A program made the translations under genes and the position numbers. From the NCBI GenBank assembly GCA_951813555.1, contig OX638344.1:1688990-1752989 (forward strand): DNA of 64,000 nucleotides, in the 5' to 3' direction. This document shows positions 18,410 to 27,260 of the stretch, piece after piece (the stretch's first letter is position 1; every line of letters begins with the position of its first letter). The stretch comes from an uncultured Acidimicrobiales bacterium. Its GTDB lineage: Bacteria > Actinomycetota > Acidimicrobiia > Acidimicrobiales > Bin134. The notes under the pieces were generated by a model. The model did no database searches, was not told the origin of the DNA, and saw only the letters and a program-made list of their open reading frames with translations.

Positions 18410-20042
18410 CGCACCTGATCTCGTTCCGGCCAGAATGGTCAACGAGTTCGAGTACTGCCCGCGGCTCTTCTACTTGGAGTGGGTCCAATCACGCTTCGAA
18501 GACAACCCTGACACCGTCGAAGGCCGTTATGTGCATCGGAATGTGGATGCTGGTGGGGGGCGCATCGACGACCCTGATGAAGACAGCCCGGTACGGAAAG
18601 CCCGTTCAGTTACCATCAGTTCTGAAGACCTGGGGATAATCGCCAAAGCGGACATTATTGAAGGCAAGGGGAACAAGGTCACCCCGGTTGAGGTAAAGCG
18701 GGGGCGGTCGCCGAAGCATGGCCCGGCGTGGTCGCCTGATCTTGTGCAGATCTGCGCCATCGGCCTCATACTCCAGGACAATGGGTATGACTGCTCAGAG
18801 GGTCAGATCTTCTTTGCCGAGTCGCGTGAGCGCGTCAAAGTGCCCTTCGACGAGAAGCTGGTGTGGCAGACCCTGAACGTGCTGCGAGACTTGAGAGAGG
18901 TTGCTGTATCGCCCGATCCGCCGCCTCCCCTCGTAGACAGCCCCAAATGCCCTCGATGCTCGCTGGTGGGAATCTGTTTGCCTGACGAAACAAATCTTCT
19001 GGCCAACCGATCGGATGTTCCACCCCGTCGCTTGACTCCCAGGGACTCCGCGGCCCGGCCTCTCTACGTGACAGAGCAGGGGACCAGGATTGGGGTCAGG
19101 AAGGGAAGGGTCACGGTTTCTCAGCAGAAGGAGGTTCTCCAGGAGGTCAGGCTGATTGATGTCTCTCAAGTTTCAATTTACGGAAATGTGCAGATCAGCT
19201 CCCAGGCAATGAGGGCGATGTTCGATCAGCAGGTTCCAGTCTGCTGGTTTTCCTACGGTGGCTGGTTCCAAGGCATTGCCCATGGGCTGCCCTCCAAGCA
19301 CGTCGATCTTCGGAGGCGCCAAGTTGCTATTGCCGCGCAGGCAGGTCTGCCGATAGCCCAAAAGATGATTGAAGGGAAGATCAGGAATTCAAGGACACTG
19401 TTGCGACGGAACTCACGAAGTGAAGTCAAGCCTATTTTGGAACAGTTGAAGGCGACTGCTGATCAGACTGATGATGTAGACACTATTGAATCGCTGTTGG
19501 GTGTGGAAGGTGCAGCAGCCCGGCTCTATTTTTCAGGCTTCTCAGCAATGTTGAAGGATGACTCGTTGGGAACCTTCGACTTTCAAGGGCGAAATAGAAG
19601 ACCTCCTAGAGATCCAATCAATTGCCTACTCTCCTATGGGTATTCCTTGTTGACGAAAGACCTGACTGCCGTCACGCTTGCTGTGGGGTTTGATCCCTAC
19701 TTGGGAGTCTTTCATAAACCGAGATTTGGACGTCCCGCGTTGGCTCTTGATCTTGCTGAAGAGTTTCGTCCCCTCATTGCTGACTCAGTTGTGATCAACG
19801 TAATCAACAACGGTGAGATTCAGGAGAACGGATTTGTGGTCAGAGCTCAAGGCGTTGCCTTGACCCAGCAAGGCCGTCGATCATTTATCGCTGCCTACGA
19901 GCGCCGCCTCGATCAAGAAGTGACTCATCCAGTCTATGGGTACAAGATCACCTACCGCCGTGTCCTAGAGGTTCAAGCGCGGGTGCTGGGCGCGTATTTG
20001 CTCGGTGAGATCCCTAATTATGTGCCGTTCATGACCAGGTGA
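18390..20042 (+). CDS. cas1: Cas4-Cas1 fusion
   Basis: The N-terminus is Cas4-like (FEYCPRLFYLEWV ... CPRCSLVGICLPDE Cys cluster) and the rest is Cas1-like. Length is 550 aa. The start is TTG 18390 or ATG 18435. Confidence 0.85.
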   Translation: MSGLVADAPDLVPARMVNEFEYCPRLFYLEWVQSRFEDNPDTVEGRYVHRNVDAGGGRIDDPDEDSPVRKARSVTISSEDLGIIAKADIIEGKGNKVTPVEVKRGRSPKHGPAWSPDLVQICAIGLILQDNGYDCSEGQIFFAESRERVKVPFDEKLVWQTLNVLRDLREVAVSPDPPPPLVDSPKCPRCSLVGICLPDETNLLANRSDVPPRRLTPRDSAARPLYVTEQGTRIGVRKGRVTVSQQKEVLQEVRLIDVSQVSIYGNVQISSQAMRAMFDQQVPVCWFSYGGWFQGIAHGLPSKHVDLRRRQVAIAAQAGLPIAQKMIEGKIRNSRTLLRRNSRSEVKPILEQLKATADQTDDVDTIESLLGVEGAAARLYFSGFSAMLKDDSLGTFDFQGRNRRPPRDPINCLLSYGYSLLTKDLTAVTLAVGFDPYLGVFHKPRFGRPALALDLAEEFRPLIADSVVINVINNGEIQENGFVVRAQGVALTQQGRRSFIAAYERRLDQEVTHPVYGYKITYRRVLEVQARVLGAYLLGEIPNYVPFMTR

Positions 20043-20045
20043 CCC

Positions 20046-20345
20046 ATGACGCAAGGACGTAAGAGAATCTTGGTGGCGTATGACATCCGTGACTCCAAGC
20101 GCCTCCGAAAAGTCCACAAAACGATGGTGGGCTACGGCTGGTCGATGCAGTACAGCGTGTTCATCTGCGACCTCGATGCAATGGAGATGATTGCCATGAA
20201 GACTGAACTAGGAGAGATCATCCACCATGCTGAAGACTCCATTGCTATGATCGACATCGGTGACCCGAGTCAGAGGGGCAGAGACTGCTTCCAGTTTATG
20301 GGAGTATCCGTCCCCTTGCCGACCAGTGGCCCAGTCATTCTGTGA
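20046..20345 (+). CDS. cas2: Cas2
   Basis: RILVAYDIRDSKRLRKVHKTMVGYGWSMQYSVFICDL is a canonical Cas2 N-terminus. Length is 99 aa. Confidence 0.9.
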   Translation: MTQGRKRILVAYDIRDSKRLRKVHKTMVGYGWSMQYSVFICDLDAMEMIAMKTELGEIIHHAEDSIAMIDIGDPSQRGRDCFQFMGVSVPLPTSGPVIL

Positions 20346-20516
20346 TGCGAGCGCTGAGGTGGGCCATGAGATACCCGGCAGTGCTCGAAACCGCATGAAT
20401 GCAAGGGTCTTGATGCTCCTTGACATCCGAATAGACCCACAAAAGTGCTTCCACTACACAACCGCTCGTAGCTGCTCGCGAACCCGCAGGTCAGGGTGAG
20501 CGTTTAGGGCGAGCTG
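20346..20516 (+). promoter_or_regulatory. Putative CRISPR leader
   Basis: A 171-nt non-coding, AT-richer segment lies between cas2 and repeat 1. The degenerate repeats are at the opposite end of the array, which sets the polarity. No convincing -35/-10 pair was found. Confidence 0.5.
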
Positions 20517-23500
20517 TTCGGGGGGTTCTATAACCCCCCCTTCATTGAAGCTTAACACCCTCAGATAATGATGCGAATTTCTCCAGAGTTCGGGGGGTTC
20601 TATAACCCCCCCTTCATTGAAGCCCCGATCCAGGCGGCGCCACCACTCCTACCCAAAGGGGTTCGGGGGGTTCTATAACCCCCCCTTCATTGAAGCGCAC
20701 ACCATCCCATCATGGCGGGCCAGCAGAACTGCCGTTCGGGGGGTTCTATAACCCCCCCTTCATTGAAGCCTGTGGACACGGGGGGCAGTGGCTATACCGC
20801 CGTCGTGTTCGGGGGGTTCTATAACCCCCCCTTCATTGAAGCGCATGCGGGTTCACCAGCCTTATCGACCCGTCGGCGTTCGGGGGGTTCTATAACCCCC
20901 CCTTCATTGAAGCCCCGTCGCCTCGGCCGCATCGCCCATCTTGGCGATGGTTCGGGGGGTTCTATAACCCCCCCTTCATTGAAGCCGGATCGAGGTGGAC
21001 GCCCCCGACGGCACCAGGGAGGGTTCGGGGGGTTCTATAACCCCCCCTTCATTGAAGCACTTCGACGCTGGGCGCTATCGAATCCCTTCTGAGTTCGGGG
21101 GGTTCTATAACCCCCCCTTCATTGAAGCTACGTCGTCTCGGTGGACGGCCCCCATTCGTTCGTGCAGGTTCGGGGGGTTCTATAACCCCCCCTTCATTGA
21201 AGCACGGTTTGGGAGGCGCTGGCCCGCGGCATCGTCGGCGGTTCGGGGGGTTCTATAACCCCCCCTTCATTGAAGCGGCCATCCGGTCGATGGCGTCGTA
21301 CATGACCTGCAGGGTTCGGGGGGTTCTATAACCCCCCCTTCATTGAAGCAGCGTCGTCTTCCACCCGTTCCGCCCCAGAAAAAGCGTTCGGGGGGTTCTA
21401 TAACCCCCCCTTCATTGAAGCGGCCGCTTCGCCTTCGCCCCGCTGCCGAGCACCCGCGTTCGGGGGGTTCTATAACCCCCCCTTCATTGAAGCCGCTGGA
21501 GCGCGGCGACTGGCTGATCCTGGCCGGATGTTCGGGGGGTTCTATAACCCCCCCTTCATTGAAGCGTCGCGGCCCTCGGACAGGACGGTGCCGCGCACCG
21601 CCCGTTCGGGGGGTTCTATAACCCCCCCTTCATTGAAGCCAGTATGTGCGGCGGCGGATCGACGACGGGTGGCTGAGTTCGGGGGGTTCTATAACCCCCC
21701 CTTCATTGAAGCGGGGATACGCCGCATCCCCAACGTGATCCCCGCCCGGTTCGGGGGGTTCTATAACCCCCCCTTCATTGAAGCCGGGGATACGCCGCAT
21801 CCCCAACGTGATCCCCGCCCGGTTCGGGGGGTTCTATAACCCCCCCTTCATTGAAGCCTGCTGCGCCATGCGGGAGTCGGGGGAGCTGCATGGTTCGGGG
21901 GGTTCTATAACCCCCCCTTCATTGAAGCGCTTCGCGCAGGTCCGCGCCGCGCAGCTTCGCGCCGGTTCGGGGGGTTCTATAACCCCCCCTTCATTGAAGC
22001 GGGGCATTGGACCGTGGAGGCCGACGCGACGCTGCGTTCGGGGGGTTCTATAACCCCCCCTTCATTGAAGCGGGTACAGCAGATCGGGGGAGTCGGCGCA
22101 TTCCTCGAGTTCGGGGGGTTCTATAACCCCCCCTTCATTGAAGCACGTGGAACTCCCACAGCTCGGGATCAAGCGGATCGCGTTCGGGGGGTTCTATAAC
22201 CCCCCCTTCATTGAAGCGGCGGCGTCGAGTCTCTGGTGGGCGTCGACTTTTTGGTTCGGGGGGTTCTATAACCCCCCCTTCATTGAAGCGAGTGGGACGT
22301 GAATGACAGCTTTCCCGACGGGGTGGTTCGGGGGGTTCTATAACCCCCCCTTCATTGAAGCACGCCCGACAAGAACGGCAAGGTCCCCACGGTGGACATG
22401 TTCGGGGGGTTCTATAACCCCCCCTTCATTGAAGCGAGAAGTTCGTGTGGCCCATCATATGGACTGTGCTCGTTCGGGGGGTTCTATAACCCCCCCTTCA
22501 TTGAAGCACCCAGCGCGGCGACGCCATCGACAAGACATCGACGTTCGGGGGGTTCTATAACCCCCCCTTCATTGAAGCCCGATCCACCATCTGCGGTGCC
22601 GCCTCCCCGAGCCGTGTTCGGGGGGTTCTATAACCCCCCCTTCATTGAAGCCCGCACGAGGCCGTCTAACAGCACGTCCTCATCCAGGGGTTCGGGGGGT
22701 TCTATAACCCCCCCTTCATTGAAGCCCCGAACTCGAAGCCGAGGACGCCAAGGTCGAGGCGGTTCGGGGGGTTCTATAACCCCCCCTTCATTGAAGCATG
22801 CTCAGCGTGGTCGCTGAGGGGCGGCCGTCGGGGGTTCGGGGGGTTCTATAACCCCCCCTTCATTGAAGCTCAACGCTGGTCGGCTGGCATCACTAAGCCC
22901 TGCGGGTTCGGGGGGTTCTATAACCCCCCCTTCATTGAAGCATTGACGCTCAGGCCAGCGAGATTTCCCGGCGTGCCGTTCGGGGGGTTCTATAACCCCC
23001 CCTTCATTGAAGCACCGAGTACGCAGGGTCGCCGGCGGCGGCCTCTCGGGTTCGGGGGGTTCTATAACCCCCCCTTCATTGAAGCGACTTCAACGCCGGG
23101 ACCGAGGTGCTGGACTGGCTGGTTCGGGGGGTTCTATAACCCCCCCTTCATTGAAGCTCGCAGTGGTACTCCAACTCCTCGACATCGGTGATGTTCGGGG
23201 GGTTCTATAACCCCCCCTTCATTGAAGCACCGTCCGCATGCTGAACGTCATGGCGGCCACCCACGGGTTCGGGGGGTTCTATAACCCCCCCTTCATTGAA
23301 GCCTGGACCTCCAGACGGGGACGTGCGGGACCTCGCCTCGTTCGGGGGGTTCTATAACCCCCCCTTCATTGAAGCTAAGATAAATCCTGCCGTTTGCCCC
23401 ATCAGAGATGGGTTCGGGGGGTTCTATAACCCCCCCTTCATTGAAGCCACGACGACATCTACTGCGCCGACATCACCGACGATGGTTCGGGGGGTTCTAT

Positions 23501-23953
23501 AACCCCCCCTTCATTGAAGCCGGACCCACCGACCAGGCTGAGCCATCACCACTGCGGGTTCGGGGGGTTCTATAACCCCCCCTTCATTGAAGCGCCTTCG
23601 AGCTGCTGTTGGCCCCGGACTGGGCGTGGTTCGGGGGGTTCTATAACCCCCCCTTCATTGAAGCTGGACCCGGACCGCTATCGGGGTGGTGGCCAGTGAT
23701 GTTCGGGGGGTTCTATAACCCCCCCTTCATTGAAGCTGCTCCTTGCTGACGGACATCTCGGCGCTGATCTGCACGTTCGGGGGGTTCTATAACCCCCCCT
23801 TCATTGAAGCATCCACTGGGGAGCCTCGTCGAGCACGACGATCGTCGTTCGGGGGGTTCTATAACCCCCCCTTCATTGAAGCGCGACAATCGTGGTGACG
23901 TGGATCACCAGCTCCAGGTTTGGGGGGATATTGAACCCCTTCTTCATTGAAGC
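20517..23953 (+). CRISPR. CRISPR array: 48 repeats (36-nt consensus GTTCGGGGGGTTCTATAACCCCCCCTTCATTGAAGC), 47 spacers of 34-39 nt
   Basis: All repeat starts were located by hand (20517, 20588, 20661, ... 23847, 23918). The last repeat, GTTTGGGGGGATATTGAACCCCTTCTTCATTGAAGC, has 7 mismatches. The first repeat appears to have a G5 rather than G6 run. Confidence 0.97.
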
Positions 23954-23989
23954 TACGGGTCGACCATTCCTTCTCCGTTGGCATCAACA

Positions 23990-24026
23990 ATTCGAGGATT
24001 CAAGACAGTTCTCCTTCATTTGTGAG
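23990..24026 (+). repeat. Heavily decayed relic repeat (possible 49th repeat)
   Basis: ATTCGAGGATTC...CTCCTTCATTTGTGAG begins exactly 36 nt after repeat 48. It keeps the 5' TTCG.GG..TTC and 3' CCTTCATT segments of the consensus. Confidence 0.4.
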
Positions 24027-24113
24027 TAAGGGAATCCAATTGTCGACGTCCAGTGTATGTAGTTCTCTTGAACTCCTGAGATACTGTCACAGGTGGGTTG
24101 TATTCTTGTGGGC

Positions 24114-25337
24114 ATGGAGTTCACTGGTGTAGCGGGTTCTGAACCCGCAACCACAAGGGATAAATCTGGTGTGGAGCCAGAGGTTGCGTTGTGTGTATTC
24201 CGTGAGAATGTTGGTGAGTTGTCTACCGAAGTGTTGGATGATCGGATCGAGGAATTGGGCCGGGCTCGGTCGCAGATTGAGGGATTGTTGGCCGAAGCGT
24301 TGGCTGAACGTGCCGCTCAGAGCACTCGTCGGGCCGCTACGGGGGTGTTGCGGGAGCGGGTGTTGGAGTCGGCGGGGCGGGCGAGCTCGGATGTGAAGTT
24401 GGCGGTGTCGTTGTCGGAGGATTTTCCGGCGACGCTGGAGGCGCTGATTGCGGGTGAGATCACCTCGGGTCACGCCCGGGTGATCGACCGGGTGGCGGGG
24501 AAGCCCGACTACCGCAGCGAAGAGGTCGTCTTGGGCGACGCGAAGGCGGTGCCGGCAGATTTGCTGTCGCGATATGCATTGCGTCGGGAGAGGGTCGAGG
24601 TGCGGGACTACACCAAGTACCAGCAACAGCGCCTGGACCGCAGAGGGTTCATGGCCCAAGAGCCCGACGGGTCGTGGATGATGTTTGCCCACTTCGACTA
24701 CATGGCCGGGCGGCGGGTCAGCATGGCCTGGGCCAAGATGGCTGAGGCGTTCCGCCGCGAGGAAAAGCCCGACAGCAAGGTCACCTACTTGCAGCGGAAT
24801 GCTGACGCGCTGGTGCAACTGATCACCCGGGACGGCCCACAGAGGGCAGCGCCGGCATCGCTGTTGATCATCTCCGAGTACGACAGCGCGTCCGGCGAGT
24901 TCGGCCAGCCCCGGCTTGACGACGGGCAGCCCGTGCCTCCGGAGGAATTGGCCCGGCTCGTTGCCGATGCTGATGTTTACGCCGCATTCGCCGACGCTGA
25001 CGGCCAGCCGCTGTGGCTGGGTCGGTCCCAGCGGTCGGCATCTTTGACCCAGCGGATCATGCTCGCGGCCCGAGATGGCGGTTGTGTCGGTTGCAAGGCT
25101 CCGTCAGAGCGGTGCGAGGCCCACCATATCCAGCATTGGTCTGATAACGGCCCCACCGATATCGACAACCTTGCCATGCTTTGTCCGGGCTGCCATCACC
25201 TTGTCCACGATTGCAATTGGCAAATCTGCCGCGAACCCTTGGGTCGATATCGAATCAAGGCTCCCCCCGATCCTTTCCCCGACTACGGGACTACTACCTA
25301 CAAACTCGTCCAGCACAGCCCGGTGCTCCGCAACTGA
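24114..25337 (+). CDS. DUF222/HNH endonuclease domain protein (REP13E12-like family)
   Basis: The C-terminal HNH motif is CVGCKAPSERCEAHHIQHWSDNGPTDIDNLAMLCPGCHHLVH, and the N-terminal part is DUF222-like and helical. ATG 24114 is preferred over GTG 24093. Confidence 0.8.
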   Translation: MEFTGVAGSEPATTRDKSGVEPEVALCVFRENVGELSTEVLDDRIEELGRARSQIEGLLAEALAERAAQSTRRAATGVLRERVLESAGRASSDVKLAVSLSEDFPATLEALIAGEITSGHARVIDRVAGKPDYRSEEVVLGDAKAVPADLLSRYALRRERVEVRDYTKYQQQRLDRRGFMAQEPDGSWMMFAHFDYMAGRRVSMAWAKMAEAFRREEKPDSKVTYLQRNADALVQLITRDGPQRAAPASLLIISEYDSASGEFGQPRLDDGQPVPPEELARLVADADVYAAFADADGQPLWLGRSQRSASLTQRIMLAARDGGCVGCKAPSERCEAHHIQHWSDNGPTDIDNLAMLCPGCHHLVHDCNWQICREPLGRYRIKAPPDPFPDYGTTTYKLVQHSPVLRN

Positions 25338-25384
25338 AACTTGCAACCTACTTCGAACTGATTCCCGACTGTTCTGCTATCGGC

Positions 25385-26065
25385 CTATATGCCAAGCCCC
25401 ACCGGATCAGCGACCTCCGGGCCGGTGTTGGATGCCGAGTTGACCAGTCGAGAGACCTCATAGGCCTCCAGGGTGTCGTCCGTGCAGGGGGCAAGGAATT
25501 GCGTCAACGTGAGACTTTCATCGAGGGCGGTGTCCAACCAGGGATCCTCCAATTCGTCGGGGAGGATGACCGGCATCCGGTGGTGGATTGGTTGGAGCAC
25601 GTCGTTTGCCTGGGTGGTGATGATGGTGCACGATTCGATGAGGCTGCCAGCCGGGTCTTTCCACTCTGACCAGAGCCCGGCAAAGGCGAAGGGCTCACCG
25701 GTTCGCATGACGATTCGCATGGGGCGCTTGGCGTCGCTCGTCCTTTGCCACTCGTAGAAGCCGTCGGCCAGCACCAGGCAGCGGCGTCGCTTGAGCGAGT
25801 CGCGGAATGAGGGCTTCTCAGCCACCGTCTCCGCCCTTGCGTTGATGAGAGGCCTGCCGGTGGGTGCCTCTTTGGCCCACCGGGGGATCAGGCCCCAGCG
25901 CATGAAGCGTGCTTGGCGGGATTCGCCGCCCACGACGGTCAACACTTGCTGGGTGGGAGCGATGTTGTACCTCGGCCTGACGGCTTCCCGGTCGCTTTCG
26001 AACTCGAATTCGAACCGCTTGGCAAGCTCCGACGGGCTAGCTGTCAGGCTGTATCTTCCGCACAT
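25385..26065 (-). CDS. SOS-response-associated peptidase (SRAP/YedK, abasic-site processing)
   Basis: The invariant N-terminus MCGRYSL is present, along with ...RYNIAPTQ... and ...DGFYEW.... Confidence 0.85.
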   Translation of the reverse strand: MCGRYSLTASPSELAKRFEFEFESDREAVRPRYNIAPTQQVLTVVGGESRQARFMRWGLIPRWAKEAPTGRPLINARAETVAEKPSFRDSLKRRRCLVLADGFYEWQRTSDAKRPMRIVMRTGEPFAFAGLWSEWKDPAGSLIESCTIITTQANDVLQPIHHRMPVILPDELEDPWLDTALDESLTLTQFLAPCTDDTLEAYEVSRLVNSASNTGPEVADPVGLGI

Positions 26066-26107
26066 CTTGTCCTCTTCATGAATCTTATGGAGACACAGTC
26101 GCAGCAG

Positions 26108-26515
26108 TTATCCAGAGCGGTCGGGGCCGGCGCGTTGGATGTCGAAGCGGACCAGGCAGCGCTGGTCGTCGACCATGGCCTGGCGGTACTCGTCCCAGTC
26201 GGGGTGCTCGCCCCGCAGGGTGCGGTAGTACTCGACCAGCGGCGCCAGCGCGTCTGGGCCGGAGATGATCTCGGCTTGGCACTCGACCTGCACCCAGTCG
26301 CCGAAGAAATTGCGGGGGAACACGCACAGCCAGCTTCGGGGGTCGCGGCGCAGGTTCTTGGTCTTGTAGGCCGTCTCGCGGGTGCTCATCACCACCGTGT
26401 CGTCCACCACCGCCAGGGTGACCGGCGACATCTGGGGGGCGCCGTCCTTGCGCCTGGTGGCCAGCACTGCGTTGGTGTTCTCCCGGATGTAGTCCAAAGC
26501 TTTCGCAGGATCCAT
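26108..26515 (-). CDS. PPOX-class (pyridoxamine 5'-phosphate oxidase family) probable F420-dependent enzyme
   Basis: The pattern LDYIRENTNAVLATRRKDGAPQMSPV...MSTRETAYKTKNLRRDPR fits the family. Length is 135 aa. Confidence 0.7.
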   Translation of the reverse strand: MDPAKALDYIRENTNAVLATRRKDGAPQMSPVTLAVVDDTVVMSTRETAYKTKNLRRDPRSWLCVFPRNFFGDWVQVECQAEIISGPDALAPLVEYYRTLRGEHPDWDEYRQAMVDDQRCLVRFDIQRAGPDRSG

Positions 26516-26546
26516 GGCGGCATCTTATGGGGCCGCCCCATCCGGC

Positions 26547-27203
26547 CTACCAGCGGTTCCAGCGGGTGACCAGCTCCAGGGGCTCTCGGCGGGCGGGGCG
26601 GAAGTCGGTGCCCATGGTGTGGGCGAAGGGGATGAGGGCGAGCTGCATCACCTCGTCATAGGGGATGCCCAGCAGCTCGGCCGCCTCCTGTTCGTAGCAG
26701 AGGTGGATGGTGGTCCACACCGTGCCGATGCCCCGCTCTCGGGCGGCCAGCATGAACGACCACGCCGCTTGGATGACCGACCCCACGTGGGAGGCCACCG
26801 TCACCGGGGGATGGTCCCACACCCGGCCGGCCAGACACGGGACCAGCATTCCCGGCACCTCGTGCAGGTGCTCAGACAGGTGGCCGGCCGAGGCGTACAT
26901 CTTCTCGTTGGCGGCCTCGAGCCGCTCGGGGTCGGGCACATCGAGGCGGGGGAGCACCCCCAGATAGTCGCCGGCCACCTCGCCGGCCCGGCGGTACAGG
27001 TCGGCCAGCCCGGCGATCAGTTCGGGTTCGGTGACCACCATGAACCGCCAGTTCTGCCGATTCGACCCGGTGGGGGCCTGCACGGCGATCTCCAAGCACT
27101 CGGTGATCAGCTCCGGCGCCACCGGCCGGGACGTGTCCAGCCGCCGCCGCACCGCTCGGGTAGTGGTGAGCACCTCATCAGCGCTCAAGTTCAAATGGGC
27201 CAT
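26547..27203 (-). CDS. Nitroreductase family protein
   Basis: LTTTRAVRRRLDTSRPVAPELITECLEIAVQAPTGSNRQNWRFMVV is a typical nitroreductase N-terminus. Confidence 0.75.
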   Translation of the reverse strand: MAHLNLSADEVLTTTRAVRRRLDTSRPVAPELITECLEIAVQAPTGSNRQNWRFMVVTEPELIAGLADLYRRAGEVAGDYLGVLPRLDVPDPERLEAANEKMYASAGHLSEHLHEVPGMLVPCLAGRVWDHPPVTVASHVGSVIQAAWSFMLAARERGIGTVWTTIHLCYEQEAAELLGIPYDEVMQLALIPFAHTMGTDFRPARREPLELVTRWNRW

Positions 27204-27260
27204 CCCCCTGTTCTAGTAGTTCTTCGGGTTGGTCGCCGCCTTGCTCGGTATCATCGGGCT

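Noticed and set aside
20420-20425. A TTGACA hexamer in the CRISPR leader, considered as a -35 box.
   Set aside because: No acceptable -10 hexamer lies 16-19 nt downstream (AAGTGC/AGTGCT), so a promoter call is not supported by sequence alone.
20712-23699. About twenty 60-140 aa + strand ORFs with recurring peptides (GGSITPPSLK, FGGFYNPPFIEA, VRGVL).
   Set aside because: They are translations of the CRISPR repeat in its three frames across the array. The periodic identical peptides come from the repeat, not from genes.
20552-23917. Possible self-targeting spacers against genes in this window.
   Set aside because: This cannot be evaluated reliably by eye for 47 spacers against 64 kb, and no match was noticed. 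It needs a BLASTN-short search of all spacers against the genome and mobile-element databases.
23947-24132. A 61-aa + strand ORF in the array trailer.
   Set aside because: It starts inside the degenerate repeat and spans the relic repeat region. It has no RBS and no recognisable features, so it is most likely non-coding trailer.
26514-27260. The N-terminal 249 codons of ORF 26514..28043.
   Set aside because: This part is antisense to the well-supported nitroreductase gene (26547..27203) and has an artefact-like composition. The aldolase-family similarity begins at ATG 27261.
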